From: a cyanobacterium endosymbiont of Epithemia turgida isolate EtSB Lake Yunoko
Lineage (GTDB): Bacteria; Cyanobacteriota; Cyanobacteriia; Cyanobacteriales; Microcystaceae
Length of the DNA stretch: 32,000 nucleotides
NCBI RefSeq assembly: GCF_000829235.1
Contig: NZ_AP012549.1
Coordinates: 1,110,001 to 1,142,000, forward strand
Reading direction: 5' to 3'
Of this stretch, positions 19,935-28,912 are shown in pieces. The notes below the pieces were generated by a model. It saw only the letters and a list, made by a program, of their open reading frames with translations, did no database searches and was not told the DNA's origin. Numbering within the stretch: the stretch's first letter is position 1; every line of letters begins with the position of its first letter. The translations under genes and the position numbers were made by a program.

Positions 19935-21009
19935 AGGCAAACTTATTTAGTTTAGCTAGTCACTCTCTTTTTCATAACCTAAAAAGAAATGTCATAACAG
20001 TCAAAATTATGTAGATTGAAAAGTGTTCTTAGGAAGAAATTATCGACGATAGTGTACTAGCTATAGCAAAAAATTATAACCATAATAAAGAAGTGATTAA
20101 AAATATAGTCAGTCAAAAAAAAGATTAAAAAATCAAAAATTGAGGTAAAGAGAAGAAAACAAACCTTAACTAATAAACCACTTTTTAAAAAATAGCCTAG
20201 TAATTAAAATCAAGATCAGTAGATAGACAGATATAGACATAACTGAAAGTACTTGTTAGATAGCGAGACATAATTGTATTAATAAAATTTTGGAATAAAG
20301 AGGATAAAATTTGAAAAAAAATTGCAGATATTCTTATCATAATTTTAAGCTAAAAATATGATAAGGGATAGCTTATTTAATAAAAAAAATAATTGAAATT
20401 TTACCTTTAAAAGTTTAAAGAATGAAAAGAATAAATCTAGAAACCTAAGTAGATATGTATTTTTTATAGACTTAGAGTAGAATTGAGGACAATCAAAAGA
20501 AAAGTTGGAAGTACCATGTGGAAAACCCCGACTATTATGATAGAATTAAGCTGTGAATAGTCATATATCTGTGAATTAATTAAACTACTTACGTGAAAAG
20601 TCTTATGGAATTAAATTTCAAGAGTGAATATAAAATGGCTGAATTTAGTTGATGAACATCTGGCTAAAAGAACATACGGTTTCATAGCAGAAAGAGAAAA
20701 TTTGCTTCAAAAATTACTGGAGATATTTGCTAGGTTACTCTCCAGAGTTAAAGCTAGTAAAGTTATTTTGGATATTATGTAGATAAATATTCATTAGTAG
20801 ATAACTGTTCATTTTATAAGTTTTTTAAAAACCTCTAAGATAGAAGAAGTATTGCTGAATTGTCGTTATATTCGCGGTGAAATAAAAAAATTAAAGATTT
20901 AACTCATTATCATTGCTTAAATCTACTGTGTTTTTTTAGGATGGTATGTCCATCAAATTTAATATAATAGTCACATTGCGCGAAACTCAATGTATTGGAT
21001 CATTATCAG

Positions 21010-21978
21010 ATGACATCTTACTTAATTAAGCGTTTATCAACCGCCATTCCTACTCTACTTGTCATTAGTATTGTTATTTTTACTATTTTAGCTTTAGCAC
21101 CAGGTAATCCTCTGGGAGAATTTGCTTCCAACCCGGCTATTACACCAGAGATAAGGGAAAATATTCGTAAAAGTCTAGGGTTGGATCAACCAATTTATAT
21201 TCGTTATATAAAATGGATTTTAGCTTTTATTAGAGGAGATCTAGGCTATTCTTTCACTAGTAAAAGTCCAGTGATTGGTTTGATTTTACAACGAATACCT
21301 ACCACCTTATGGATAGCTGGAACTGCTTATCTCCTAAGTTTTTTAATTGCTTTTCCTTTAGGGATAGTTTCTGCCTTAAAACGATATTCATTGCTAGATC
21401 AAATTGCAACTACCGTTGCTTTTTTAGGATTTTCTTTGCCAACTTTTCTAACAGGATTATTATTTATCGTCATATTTAGTGTCCAGTTAAAATGGTTTCC
21501 TTTTATTTATAACAGCACATTACAAATAACCAATTGGTCAAATTTTATTGAGCAAATCAAACAATCTATTATGCCAGTTTGTGTATTAGCTTTATATCAG
21601 TCAGCGATTTTAATGCGGTTTTCACGTTCAGCCATCTTAGATGAACTCCCCCAAGAATATGTTCGCACCGCCTATGCTAAAGGATTAGGAAGTTTTGCTA
21701 TCTTGACTAATCATATTCTTCGGAATGCTATGATTCCCATTATAACTTTAATAGCCTTAGATATTCCTACGATTTTTACTGGAGCATTAGTTACGGAACA
21801 GGTATTTCGTATTCCTGGAATTGGATCTTTATTAATTGAATCGATCTATCGGAATGATACTCCAGTAATCATGGCTGTTACCTTTATTTATGCAATTTTA
21901 ATTTTTATTGGCAACTTTTTTGCCGATTTTACCTATAGTTTTTTGGATACACGAGTTAAGCTAAATACAAAAAAATAA
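21010..21978 (+). CDS. ABC transporter permease (DppB/OppB-like)
   Basis: Six predicted TM segments and the N-terminal YLIKRL motif. The EAA-loop region is YVRTAYAKGLGSFAILTNHILRNAMIPI. The track start is TTG 20995, and ATG 21010 (MTSYLIKRL) fits family N-termini better. Confidence 0.85.
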   Translation: MTSYLIKRLSTAIPTLLVISIVIFTILALAPGNPLGEFASNPAITPEIRENIRKSLGLDQPIYIRYIKWILAFIRGDLGYSFTSKSPVIGLILQRIPTTLWIAGTAYLLSFLIAFPLGIVSALKRYSLLDQIATTVAFLGFSLPTFLTGLLFIVIFSVQLKWFPFIYNSTLQITNWSNFIEQIKQSIMPVCVLALYQSAILMRFSRSAILDELPQEYVRTAYAKGLGSFAILTNHILRNAMIPIITLIALDIPTIFTGALVTEQVFRIPGIGSLLIESIYRNDTPVIMAVTFIYAILIFIGNFFADFTYSFLDTRVKLNTKK

Positions 21979-22533
21979 TTATATTAGCTATTTGCTTTTT
22001 TTAAATTATTGATGTTCTCTATATCAAATGCCCAATAGCACACGAGTATGTTTTTGTCTAAATCTAAAGTAAAGTCAGAGTAATAACCAAATTTTAAGCT
22101 AACAATAAGAATAAATTTTTAATTATAGTCAGGAACTATACACTCTTACTTATCTATAAAATACCGGCATTAGAAAAAACTAGAATAATGCAAGCTTCTA
22201 AGATGTGACTAAAGCCAGTGATTACCAACATTGAAGGAATACTATATTTTTCTGAAATGCTAGTTGAGGAAAAAGTCAATTTAGCTCAGCTCCGTATTTG
22301 GGGTGGCAAAATATCCCATAGCGATAGCTAAAAGATTAGCAACAATCTTAATAACCCCTATTGACTAATTCTAACCGATGGTATCTGGGACAATTGTCTG
22401 AGCAAATAAAATCAAGTCTGATAGTATAGATACTGTATAATTTATGAGTTGATAAACTTTAATTAAAAATAGGGACTATATAAATCCTTTTGGCAAAAAG
22501 TTTACTTTAGTTTTACTATCTAATAGTAGCAAA

Positions 22534-23175
22534 ATGAGAATTAAGATATGCGGCATCACCCAACTATCCCAGGGAAAAGCGATTGCTCAATTAGGGGCTA
22601 CTATGTTGGGCTTTATCTGTGTTCACCGATCTCCTCGTTATATTAGTCCATTTCAAATTCAAGCCGTGATTAAGGAAGTGCCAATAACAGTTGGCTCTAT
22701 TGGGGTTTTTGCTAATGCTAGTCTATTAGAAATAGAACAAGTTCTCAACCAAACAGAGTTAACTGGGATACAATTGCATGGGGATGAGTCGCCTCAGTTT
22801 TGTCATCAAATTAAACAACGTTTTTCTCATCTTGAACTGATTAAAGCCTTTAGGATCAAAACTTCTAAGTCATTACAAGCCATACCTGCTTATTTTAATG
22901 AAGTAGATACATTACTATTAGATGCTTACCATCCTAATTTGTTAGGAGGAACTGGTCACACCTTTAATTGGAAAATTTTAGAACAATTTAACCCACCGCT
23001 TCCTTGGTTATTGGCAGGAGGATTAACCCCTGATAATATAGAGCAATCTCTAACATGGTTACATCCAACGGGAATTGATCTTTCTAGTGGTGTTGAAGAA
23101 TCACCTGGTGATAAAAATTTAACAAAAGTGGCTAAGTTATTTGCGTTACTTCAAGATATTAATCTTTTAAAATAA
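22534..23175 (+). CDS. trpF: Phosphoribosylanthranilate isomerase
   Basis: 213-aa ORF with motifs RIKICGIT, SPRYI, LLLDAY..LLGGTGHTFNW and LAGGLTPDNI. Confidence 0.9.
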   Translation: MRIKICGITQLSQGKAIAQLGATMLGFICVHRSPRYISPFQIQAVIKEVPITVGSIGVFANASLLEIEQVLNQTELTGIQLHGDESPQFCHQIKQRFSHLELIKAFRIKTSKSLQAIPAYFNEVDTLLLDAYHPNLLGGTGHTFNWKILEQFNPPLPWLLAGGLTPDNIEQSLTWLHPTGIDLSSGVEESPGDKNLTKVAKLFALLQDINLLK

Positions 23176-23744
23176 AATTCTATCGAATTTGTCATGTAAA
23201 AATAAAAAAATCAAGGAAATACTTCCATTGTTAATAATAAACTTCTTACAAGCCATTATTGCTATATGGTATAGCCGGTATTATGGTAGTTTCTTTGTTA
23301 GTATAAAATAATGCTACACTAAATTTAAAATTAGATAATTTATGTCAAAACATCTATTAATTGTAACCGAAAAAGTATTTTGAATAACTAGAGGTTGGAA
23401 TTGATAATAAGTTGAAGTTAATTAGAATAAAAGCTTATGGACTCAGAGATTTTATTAATTTTTAGTTCTGAAGTTTTCTGACTTGGCATTTTGCCAGTTA
23501 GTTCAGTATAATCGGAGTATAACAACAGTGTTTTTGAATCTCATAGAATTAAGGAGTTACTCTAATTAAATAGAGATACAAAGTAATTTATTTTTTTAAG
23601 CTTTATTTAGGGCTACCTACTTACTAACTTAAAATAATCAGAACTAAAAAAATATCCAGTTTGATTACTAGCCTCTAAATCGTCAAAATTTTCAATAATA
23701 TCCTCATAGATTAGATATATAAAGATATTATTGAATTCTTATAA

Positions 23745-23782
23745 TGTAAAAACAGTAAATTCATTAATTTACCGTTTTTACA
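23745..23782. repeat. 17-bp inverted repeat with one mismatch, 4-nt loop
   Basis: tgtaaaaacAgtaaatt (23745-23761), loop catt, then aatttacCgtttttaca (23766-23782). It lies in the trpF/CPBP convergent spacer. Confidence 0.8.
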
Positions 23783-23906
23783 GTCATTTTTTATCTCTAG
23801 TCTTCTTAAGTCGGAGTTTCTTCAGTTGGCTTTGCGATCAACTTTTGCTGAAAGATAATCCCTAGTAAAGTTAACTTTCAAATAGTGGGATGACGTATAA
23901 TTTTGG

Positions 23907-23971
23907 CAATCAATAGTATTTCTTAAATCAGAAAAGAAAGGCTCTTCCGATTTAAGAAATACTATTGATTG
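23907..23971 (-). terminator. 23-bp perfect inverted repeat just downstream of the CPBP gene; candidate 3' stem-loop for the minus-strand membrane cluster
   Basis: caatcaatagtatttcttaaatc (23907-23929) pairs with gatttaagaaatactattgattg (23949-23971), with a 19-nt loop. It starts 33 nt past the stop at 24004. No U-tract follows on the minus strand, so it is not a canonical intrinsic terminator. Confidence 0.5.
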
Positions 23972-24003
23972 TTTAATTTAATTTAAGAACATAAGATTAG
24001 CTT

Positions 24004-25602
24004 TTACTTGTCACTACTACCTAATAAAAACAAACTCAATAACGTTCCGCTATTCCAAAGACTATGAACTAACATAGAAGACAGAAGATTGCGCGATTTC
24101 GTATAAACTACTCCCAAGACCATACCTAAAATCGCTAAGGGAAATACTTCTGATAAATTTAAGTGAGCAATAGCAAAAATAAAACTACTGATAGTAATAG
24201 CTGCCCAAACCGGAATATAACGGGTTAAAGACGATAACAAAAATCCTCGAAACATAATCTCTTCATAAAAAGGAGCTAAGAGAGAAGCAGTGAAGTAGAA
24301 AATAGCTAAAACTACTGTATCTTGGGTTTCCAATGCTAGAAATAATAAAGGATTACTACCCCCTTGACCATCCCATATCTGTTGATTAATTAAAGAGATA
24401 ATAATCACTAAAGGTAAAGCAACCAAATATCCCCCAACTCCCCACATTAACCAATTACTTTTTATCTCGAATCGAAACCAATCTTTTGGCAGGGGAAAAT
24501 AGGATTTAATTGACCAGTAAAGTACAAAAAGACTTGCTAAAGTCAGAGATAAGTAACTAGCTAATATGTAAAAAGCTTTTTGCCGTAAACTGAAGTTGGT
24601 AGGATTGAAGGGAAGAAAGTTAAATACAATAGGAAATATGATTTGGCCGACAAAGAAAAATCCCACAATCAAGACCTGCCAAATAGTTTCAGCATCCCAA
24701 GGGGTTTTCCAAGATAGTTTTTCACTAATGTATAAAATAGACCCATGTTTTTTAAGTAATAACTGAGCCAATAAAAAGATAAGTAAACTAAATCCAATGA
24801 TTCCTAATAATACTGGAATAATGCTGACCCAAGTTAATTTGATAATGGCTCGATTTTCTTTTTCTCTTTGTTGATTTTCTAATGAAATTAAGTCAGCTTG
24901 TCTATCTTGAAGTGTGTAAAGCCTTTTTAAGGTTTGATAACTGAACCACCCGCGTAGATTATGCTGTATTTGCAATTCTGCATTAGATAATATTTTAGGA
25001 TTTTCATTCCATAAGTTTGTTAAAATATCAGCGACTGTTCCTGTTTTAGACTCTAAATCATTCTCATTGTTAGTAGTCAACATTGGTTGCCAACTTTCAA
25101 TTGCTTTTGATATTTCTCCTTGTTTAATTTTTAATATTCCCAACTCTAATTTTAGCTTGTTAATTACTTGTTGCTGACTATTGATATCAGTTTTTAATTG
25201 CGCTTGATTTCCGAAATATACTGAATTACTATTTAAAGTAATGGAAGAGTCTTTAACATCTTCAGAAACTGAACTACCAGTAGCAATTTTAAACTTATTT
25301 TTTAATCTATCCAAACTTTCTTGAGAAGTTTCAATAGCAGTTTCGTATTTGTTGGAAATTACTTTGTAGGGGTTTTTTCCAATTAATACTTTTTCGATTT
25401 TAGCAAAATTAAAATTCGCTCTAGTCTGATCAATATTTGAATACTTCGAAAAAAATTCTGAAGATTGCAAAATTAAATTTGTTTGATATAGCTCAAGATT
25501 AACTTGTACCTGTGGTTGGTTAATACTATTGATTAACAAAAATAATACGGGAATCAAAGAAATAATTGTTAAAACTAATACGGTTAATCGCTTCACTGAC
25601 AT
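24004..25602 (-). CDS. CPBP-family intramembrane glutamic endopeptidase (CAAX/Abi type) with a long N-terminal extension
   Basis: 532-aa ORF. The C-terminal polytopic domain carries the CPBP motifs EEIMFRGFL, FAIAHL and HSLWN. The N-terminal ~250 aa is one TM followed by a coiled-coil-like soluble region. Confidence 0.8.
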   Translation of the reverse strand: MSVKRLTVLVLTIISLIPVLFLLINSINQPQVQVNLELYQTNLILQSSEFFSKYSNIDQTRANFNFAKIEKVLIGKNPYKVISNKYETAIETSQESLDRLKNKFKIATGSSVSEDVKDSSITLNSNSVYFGNQAQLKTDINSQQQVINKLKLELGILKIKQGEISKAIESWQPMLTTNNENDLESKTGTVADILTNLWNENPKILSNAELQIQHNLRGWFSYQTLKRLYTLQDRQADLISLENQQREKENRAIIKLTWVSIIPVLLGIIGFSLLIFLLAQLLLKKHGSILYISEKLSWKTPWDAETIWQVLIVGFFFVGQIIFPIVFNFLPFNPTNFSLRQKAFYILASYLSLTLASLFVLYWSIKSYFPLPKDWFRFEIKSNWLMWGVGGYLVALPLVIIISLINQQIWDGQGGSNPLLFLALETQDTVVLAIFYFTASLLAPFYEEIMFRGFLLSSLTRYIPVWAAITISSFIFAIAHLNLSEVFPLAILGMVLGVVYTKSRNLLSSMLVHSLWNSGTLLSLFLLGSSDK

Positions 25603-25650
25603 AAATTTTACTTTTTTTATAATTAGGACTTGAAAGTAAATTTTTTCTTA

Positions 25651-27225
25651 TTATCTAGACTTTTTAATTAAAATAAAGTCTTGAGTATTTCCTAAGATTT
25701 TATACTTATTTAAGTTTAACTTTTCTAAAGTTAACGGATCTAAAAGGAAATAGAACGAGATAGCTGCTGATTTTTTCAACTCTTCTAGATTTTGAGCAAT
25801 CACTTGACGATCACTATAAAAATCTAAACTAGTACGACTGTAAGCATAAGAAGTATAAATTACTGTATTAGGGGGAGTGTTTTCCTGAATTAGAGTAGCT
25901 ACAGGTTTAACAGGAAATGATTCATTTAGTTCCCAAATCCATAAATCAGATCTTACAAATATGCTCAAACTCAAATATAATCCAACAAAAAGAGTAAAGA
26001 TAAAGTTATGATTATTTAGTAGAAAATTAACGTAAGATAAAGCAAATGTAATTCCTATTAAAATTGATAATGTGAGAATTTGAAAATCATTAGTTTTTAT
26101 ACTAAAATATACTCCTCCTGCTAGTGAGGCTAAACTACCAACAATTAGTAAACTCCCTAGAATCTTGGGATAAAATTGATAATTATTTCGTATAATTTCA
26201 GCTAAATATGCTCCCACAGCTAAAGAGAAGAACGGATATACAGGCAGAACATACCATGGTAACTTAGTCCTCATCAGGGATATAATTCCTATAAACAGGA
26301 TAAACCCAATTAAAACTAATTTAGCCCAACTTTGCTGATATTTTTTAATCGCTAAAATTAATCCTCCGGGTAGAAATAAAAGCCAGGGAAAACTATATTT
26401 TATTAATTCAATTATATAGTACCATACTGATCCTTGATTTCCTTCAACTGCTTGAGATAATCGATCAAAGTTTTGTTGTAAAAAGTGAACTTTAATGAAT
26501 TTTTCTCCATACTCTATAATTTGAAGTGGATACCACAAAATTACTGGAAAAAATCCTAAGATAAATCCCACCCAAAATACAGGATCTTTAAAAAAAATTA
26601 AAGATTTATTAAAAATACAAAATATTGCCAAAATCCCACCTAAAGCAATAACTAAAATTCCTTTAGTAAAAGCGATTAATCCTAATCCAATTCCTACTCC
26701 AATTATCCATAAATGCTGATAAAAAGACTGAAATAAACAGAAAATAGAAAACAGGAAAAAAGTATTAATTGGTCCATCTAACATTGCTAGTCGTCCATGA
26801 CGTACCATAGGCAATAAGGTCAAATATACCAATGTGCCCAAAATAGCTGGAAGACGACTAGAAAAAATATTTTTTCCTATCAAATATAACAAAGGAACAC
26901 CACAAGCTGTCAAAAAAGCACAGGGTAAACGGGTTGTAAATTCACTGATACCAAAAATTAAATAGCTTATATTTATTAGCCAAATAATCAGAGGAGGTTT
27001 CAGTAAAAAAGGTTCATCATGATAGGTCATATATAACCAGTTACCGCTTTTATAAATATCTTTAGCAACAGTTCCATAATATCCTTCATCCCAATCCCTT
27101 AATGGTAAATCGCCCAAGCCGATTAAATATAAAATAAGAGCAGATAATAATAAAAATATAGACCAAGATATATCCTGGTTTATACTTTTAAAAAATTGTT
27201 TTAAGTTAGGCATTCTAGAGATCAT
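25651..27225 (-). CDS. GT-C fold glycosyltransferase, family 39/ArnT-like
   Basis: 524-aa polytopic ORF. The first periplasmic loop has RDWDEGYYGTVAKD followed by LLKPPL, the DE..Y / PPL signature of polyprenyl-phosphate-sugar-dependent transferases. Its stop lies 48 nt upstream of the CPBP gene start. Confidence 0.75.
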   Translation of the reverse strand: MISRMPNLKQFFKSINQDISWSIFLLLSALILYLIGLGDLPLRDWDEGYYGTVAKDIYKSGNWLYMTYHDEPFLLKPPLIIWLINISYLIFGISEFTTRLPCAFLTACGVPLLYLIGKNIFSSRLPAILGTLVYLTLLPMVRHGRLAMLDGPINTFFLFSIFCLFQSFYQHLWIIGVGIGLGLIAFTKGILVIALGGILAIFCIFNKSLIFFKDPVFWVGFILGFFPVILWYPLQIIEYGEKFIKVHFLQQNFDRLSQAVEGNQGSVWYYIIELIKYSFPWLLFLPGGLILAIKKYQQSWAKLVLIGFILFIGIISLMRTKLPWYVLPVYPFFSLAVGAYLAEIIRNNYQFYPKILGSLLIVGSLASLAGGVYFSIKTNDFQILTLSILIGITFALSYVNFLLNNHNFIFTLFVGLYLSLSIFVRSDLWIWELNESFPVKPVATLIQENTPPNTVIYTSYAYSRTSLDFYSDRQVIAQNLEELKKSAAISFYFLLDPLTLEKLNLNKYKILGNTQDFILIKKSR

Positions 27226-27243
27226 TAGGTCTATCTTGTCTAT

Positions 27244-28830
27244 CTATTGGGTTAGATTTTTTTGTTTAATCGAATAAAGATAATACTTTTCATTATAAAT
27301 GAAAGCTTTTTTAAATTGAGCTAGGGAAATAATTTCAAGATCGCTTCTTATTGCTTTTAATTGTCGATTTAAAATTAAAATTACATCTTTGCTATTTTCA
27401 CTGTTATTAATCAACTGATTGATTGTTGTCAATATTTCTTCGTCATCGATTATTTTTCTCCGTTCATTAAACAAAACATAACTTCCTAATTTTTGGCTTT
27501 CTAGATAGTAAATTTTTTGATTTAAATAACCACTAATAGGAGCAATAGTAAAGTCTTCACTACCGGCAATTATCATTGATTCTAGATTATTTTTTTGAAT
27601 AAAGTTAGCTGTAGCACGACTAGCGGAATAAGGAGTTAGTAAATCCCGACTAAAAGCAACAATGCCAGCAATCAACTGAAGATATAGAACAATCATAAAA
27701 AAATTATTTTGATGATTGGTTACAAACTTGAGCCAACTTGAAGATAGTTTATAGAGTTTTTGAGGAGTATAACGAAACAAATCAACCAATAATTCAGAAT
27801 CAAAACAATAATTTTTTATCCATAAAGAAGCAATTAGAATGATATATAAGTGTCCATAATGTCTTTGGGAACCTAAAAATTTTAGATATGTAAAAGTTAA
27901 GAATTCTATACTACTAACTAAATAGAAAAATAATGCGATTGGTTTTTTAATTAAAAGCGTCGATACGAACCCTAACAAACCTAAAGATAGAACTGCAAAA
28001 ATAGCTAAATCTAGAGGTTTCCTATCGCTAGGGATTAAAACTAAAATATAGCTCCTCCATATTCTTGTTAACGACTGATTGAATCTAATCCAATCAAACT
28101 CAAAAAACCATTGACTTGCTCCTCCTTGCAGTGTACTGTCCGACGGAGGAAGTAACATAATTACAGCGAACACTATTCCTGAACCAAAAATTATGAAAGC
28201 AATAACAACATTTTTAATTCCTGGTTTAACTTTATGTTGTAAATAATTCTGAGTCAAATAGTCAAAAACTAATGTTAAAGCTAAAGACATAGAAATCATC
28301 AAGCAATAGGCATTTGTATTAGCCATAAAAGCTAAAATTATAGCTAGGGGAATATAATTTTTATGGCGAGTTTTAAAATAAGTGCAGAAGCAAAAAATAG
28401 CCAGAATTCCTAAAGAATAATTTCGACTAATCAAAGTATATTCATAAAAAGGTAAATATCCTGACGAAAATAATAACTTTTGCTGTTTGGTAAAAGGAGA
28501 ATAAAAAACAAATAAAGTCAGACATCCGACAGCAATAAGCCAATGAAAAATCTGCATTGCTAGAGGATTATGAGTTAATTGATTAAGTACCCATAAACAG
28601 ACATACCAAAGAATTGGATGACCTTCATAGTTGATATTATGAAAGAAATTTTTCCAAGAAACACTATCCCTAGCAATTAACCATCCATTGACTTCATCAC
28701 GCCACATAGCATGATTAAGAATACCAATTAAAGTAATGACAGCAAAGCTAATGACTAATAATAGGTTGAAGTTATTTTTTTTAATTAAATTTAAGTTAAA
28801 CCGAGAAACCCATTTTTTTACGAGAGTCAT
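27244..28830 (-). CDS. Polytopic membrane protein, probable second GT-C-like glycosyltransferase
   Basis: 528-aa ORF with more than 10 hydrophobic segments. The first loop reads MWRDEVNGWLIARD...EGHPILWY, resembling the DE / HPPL arrangement of GT-C enzymes. Its stop lies 18 nt upstream of the GT39 gene start. The family call is tentative. Confidence 0.55.
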   Translation of the reverse strand: MTLVKKWVSRFNLNLIKKNNFNLLLVISFAVITLIGILNHAMWRDEVNGWLIARDSVSWKNFFHNINYEGHPILWYVCLWVLNQLTHNPLAMQIFHWLIAVGCLTLFVFYSPFTKQQKLLFSSGYLPFYEYTLISRNYSLGILAIFCFCTYFKTRHKNYIPLAIILAFMANTNAYCLMISMSLALTLVFDYLTQNYLQHKVKPGIKNVVIAFIIFGSGIVFAVIMLLPPSDSTLQGGASQWFFEFDWIRFNQSLTRIWRSYILVLIPSDRKPLDLAIFAVLSLGLLGFVSTLLIKKPIALFFYLVSSIEFLTFTYLKFLGSQRHYGHLYIILIASLWIKNYCFDSELLVDLFRYTPQKLYKLSSSWLKFVTNHQNNFFMIVLYLQLIAGIVAFSRDLLTPYSASRATANFIQKNNLESMIIAGSEDFTIAPISGYLNQKIYYLESQKLGSYVLFNERRKIIDDEEILTTINQLINNSENSKDVILILNRQLKAIRSDLEIISLAQFKKAFIYNEKYYLYSIKQKNLTQ

Positions 28831-28912
28831 ACTTAAATCATAAAATTTAATCTAATCAGTTCCATGAACCTGTAATCTAGAAACTGGTAATCCATAGAGA
28901 GGATAGAAGATA

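Noticed and set aside
20615-20782. 55-codon start-less open frame (…WLNLVDEHLAKRTYGFIAERENLLQKLLEIFARLL…) in the SBP/permease spacer
   Set aside because: It has no start codon other than an internal GTG, and its length is within chance expectation for this composition. I recognise no family. It is possibly a gene relic but is unsupported.
5807-21009. Track start codons TTG 5807 (thiE), TTG 15443 (aminotransferase) and TTG 20995 (permease)
   Set aside because: In each case a downstream in-frame ATG (5825, 15416, 21010) gives an N-terminus matching the family norm. For thiE that ATG also has a better Shine-Dalgarno. The longer forms cannot be excluded without N-terminal data.
22281-22361. Minus-strand 26-codon hydrophobic fragment (IGVIKIVANLLAIAMGYFATPNTELS*) reminiscent of a small membrane subunit
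   Set aside because: A stop sits immediately upstream and there is no start codon. It matches none of the small photosystem or b6f subunits I can recall.
22436-22441. Perfect TATAAT 93 nt upstream of trpF
   Set aside because: There is no matching -35 hexamer at 16-18 nt, and TATAAT-like hexamers are frequent by chance in these spacers.
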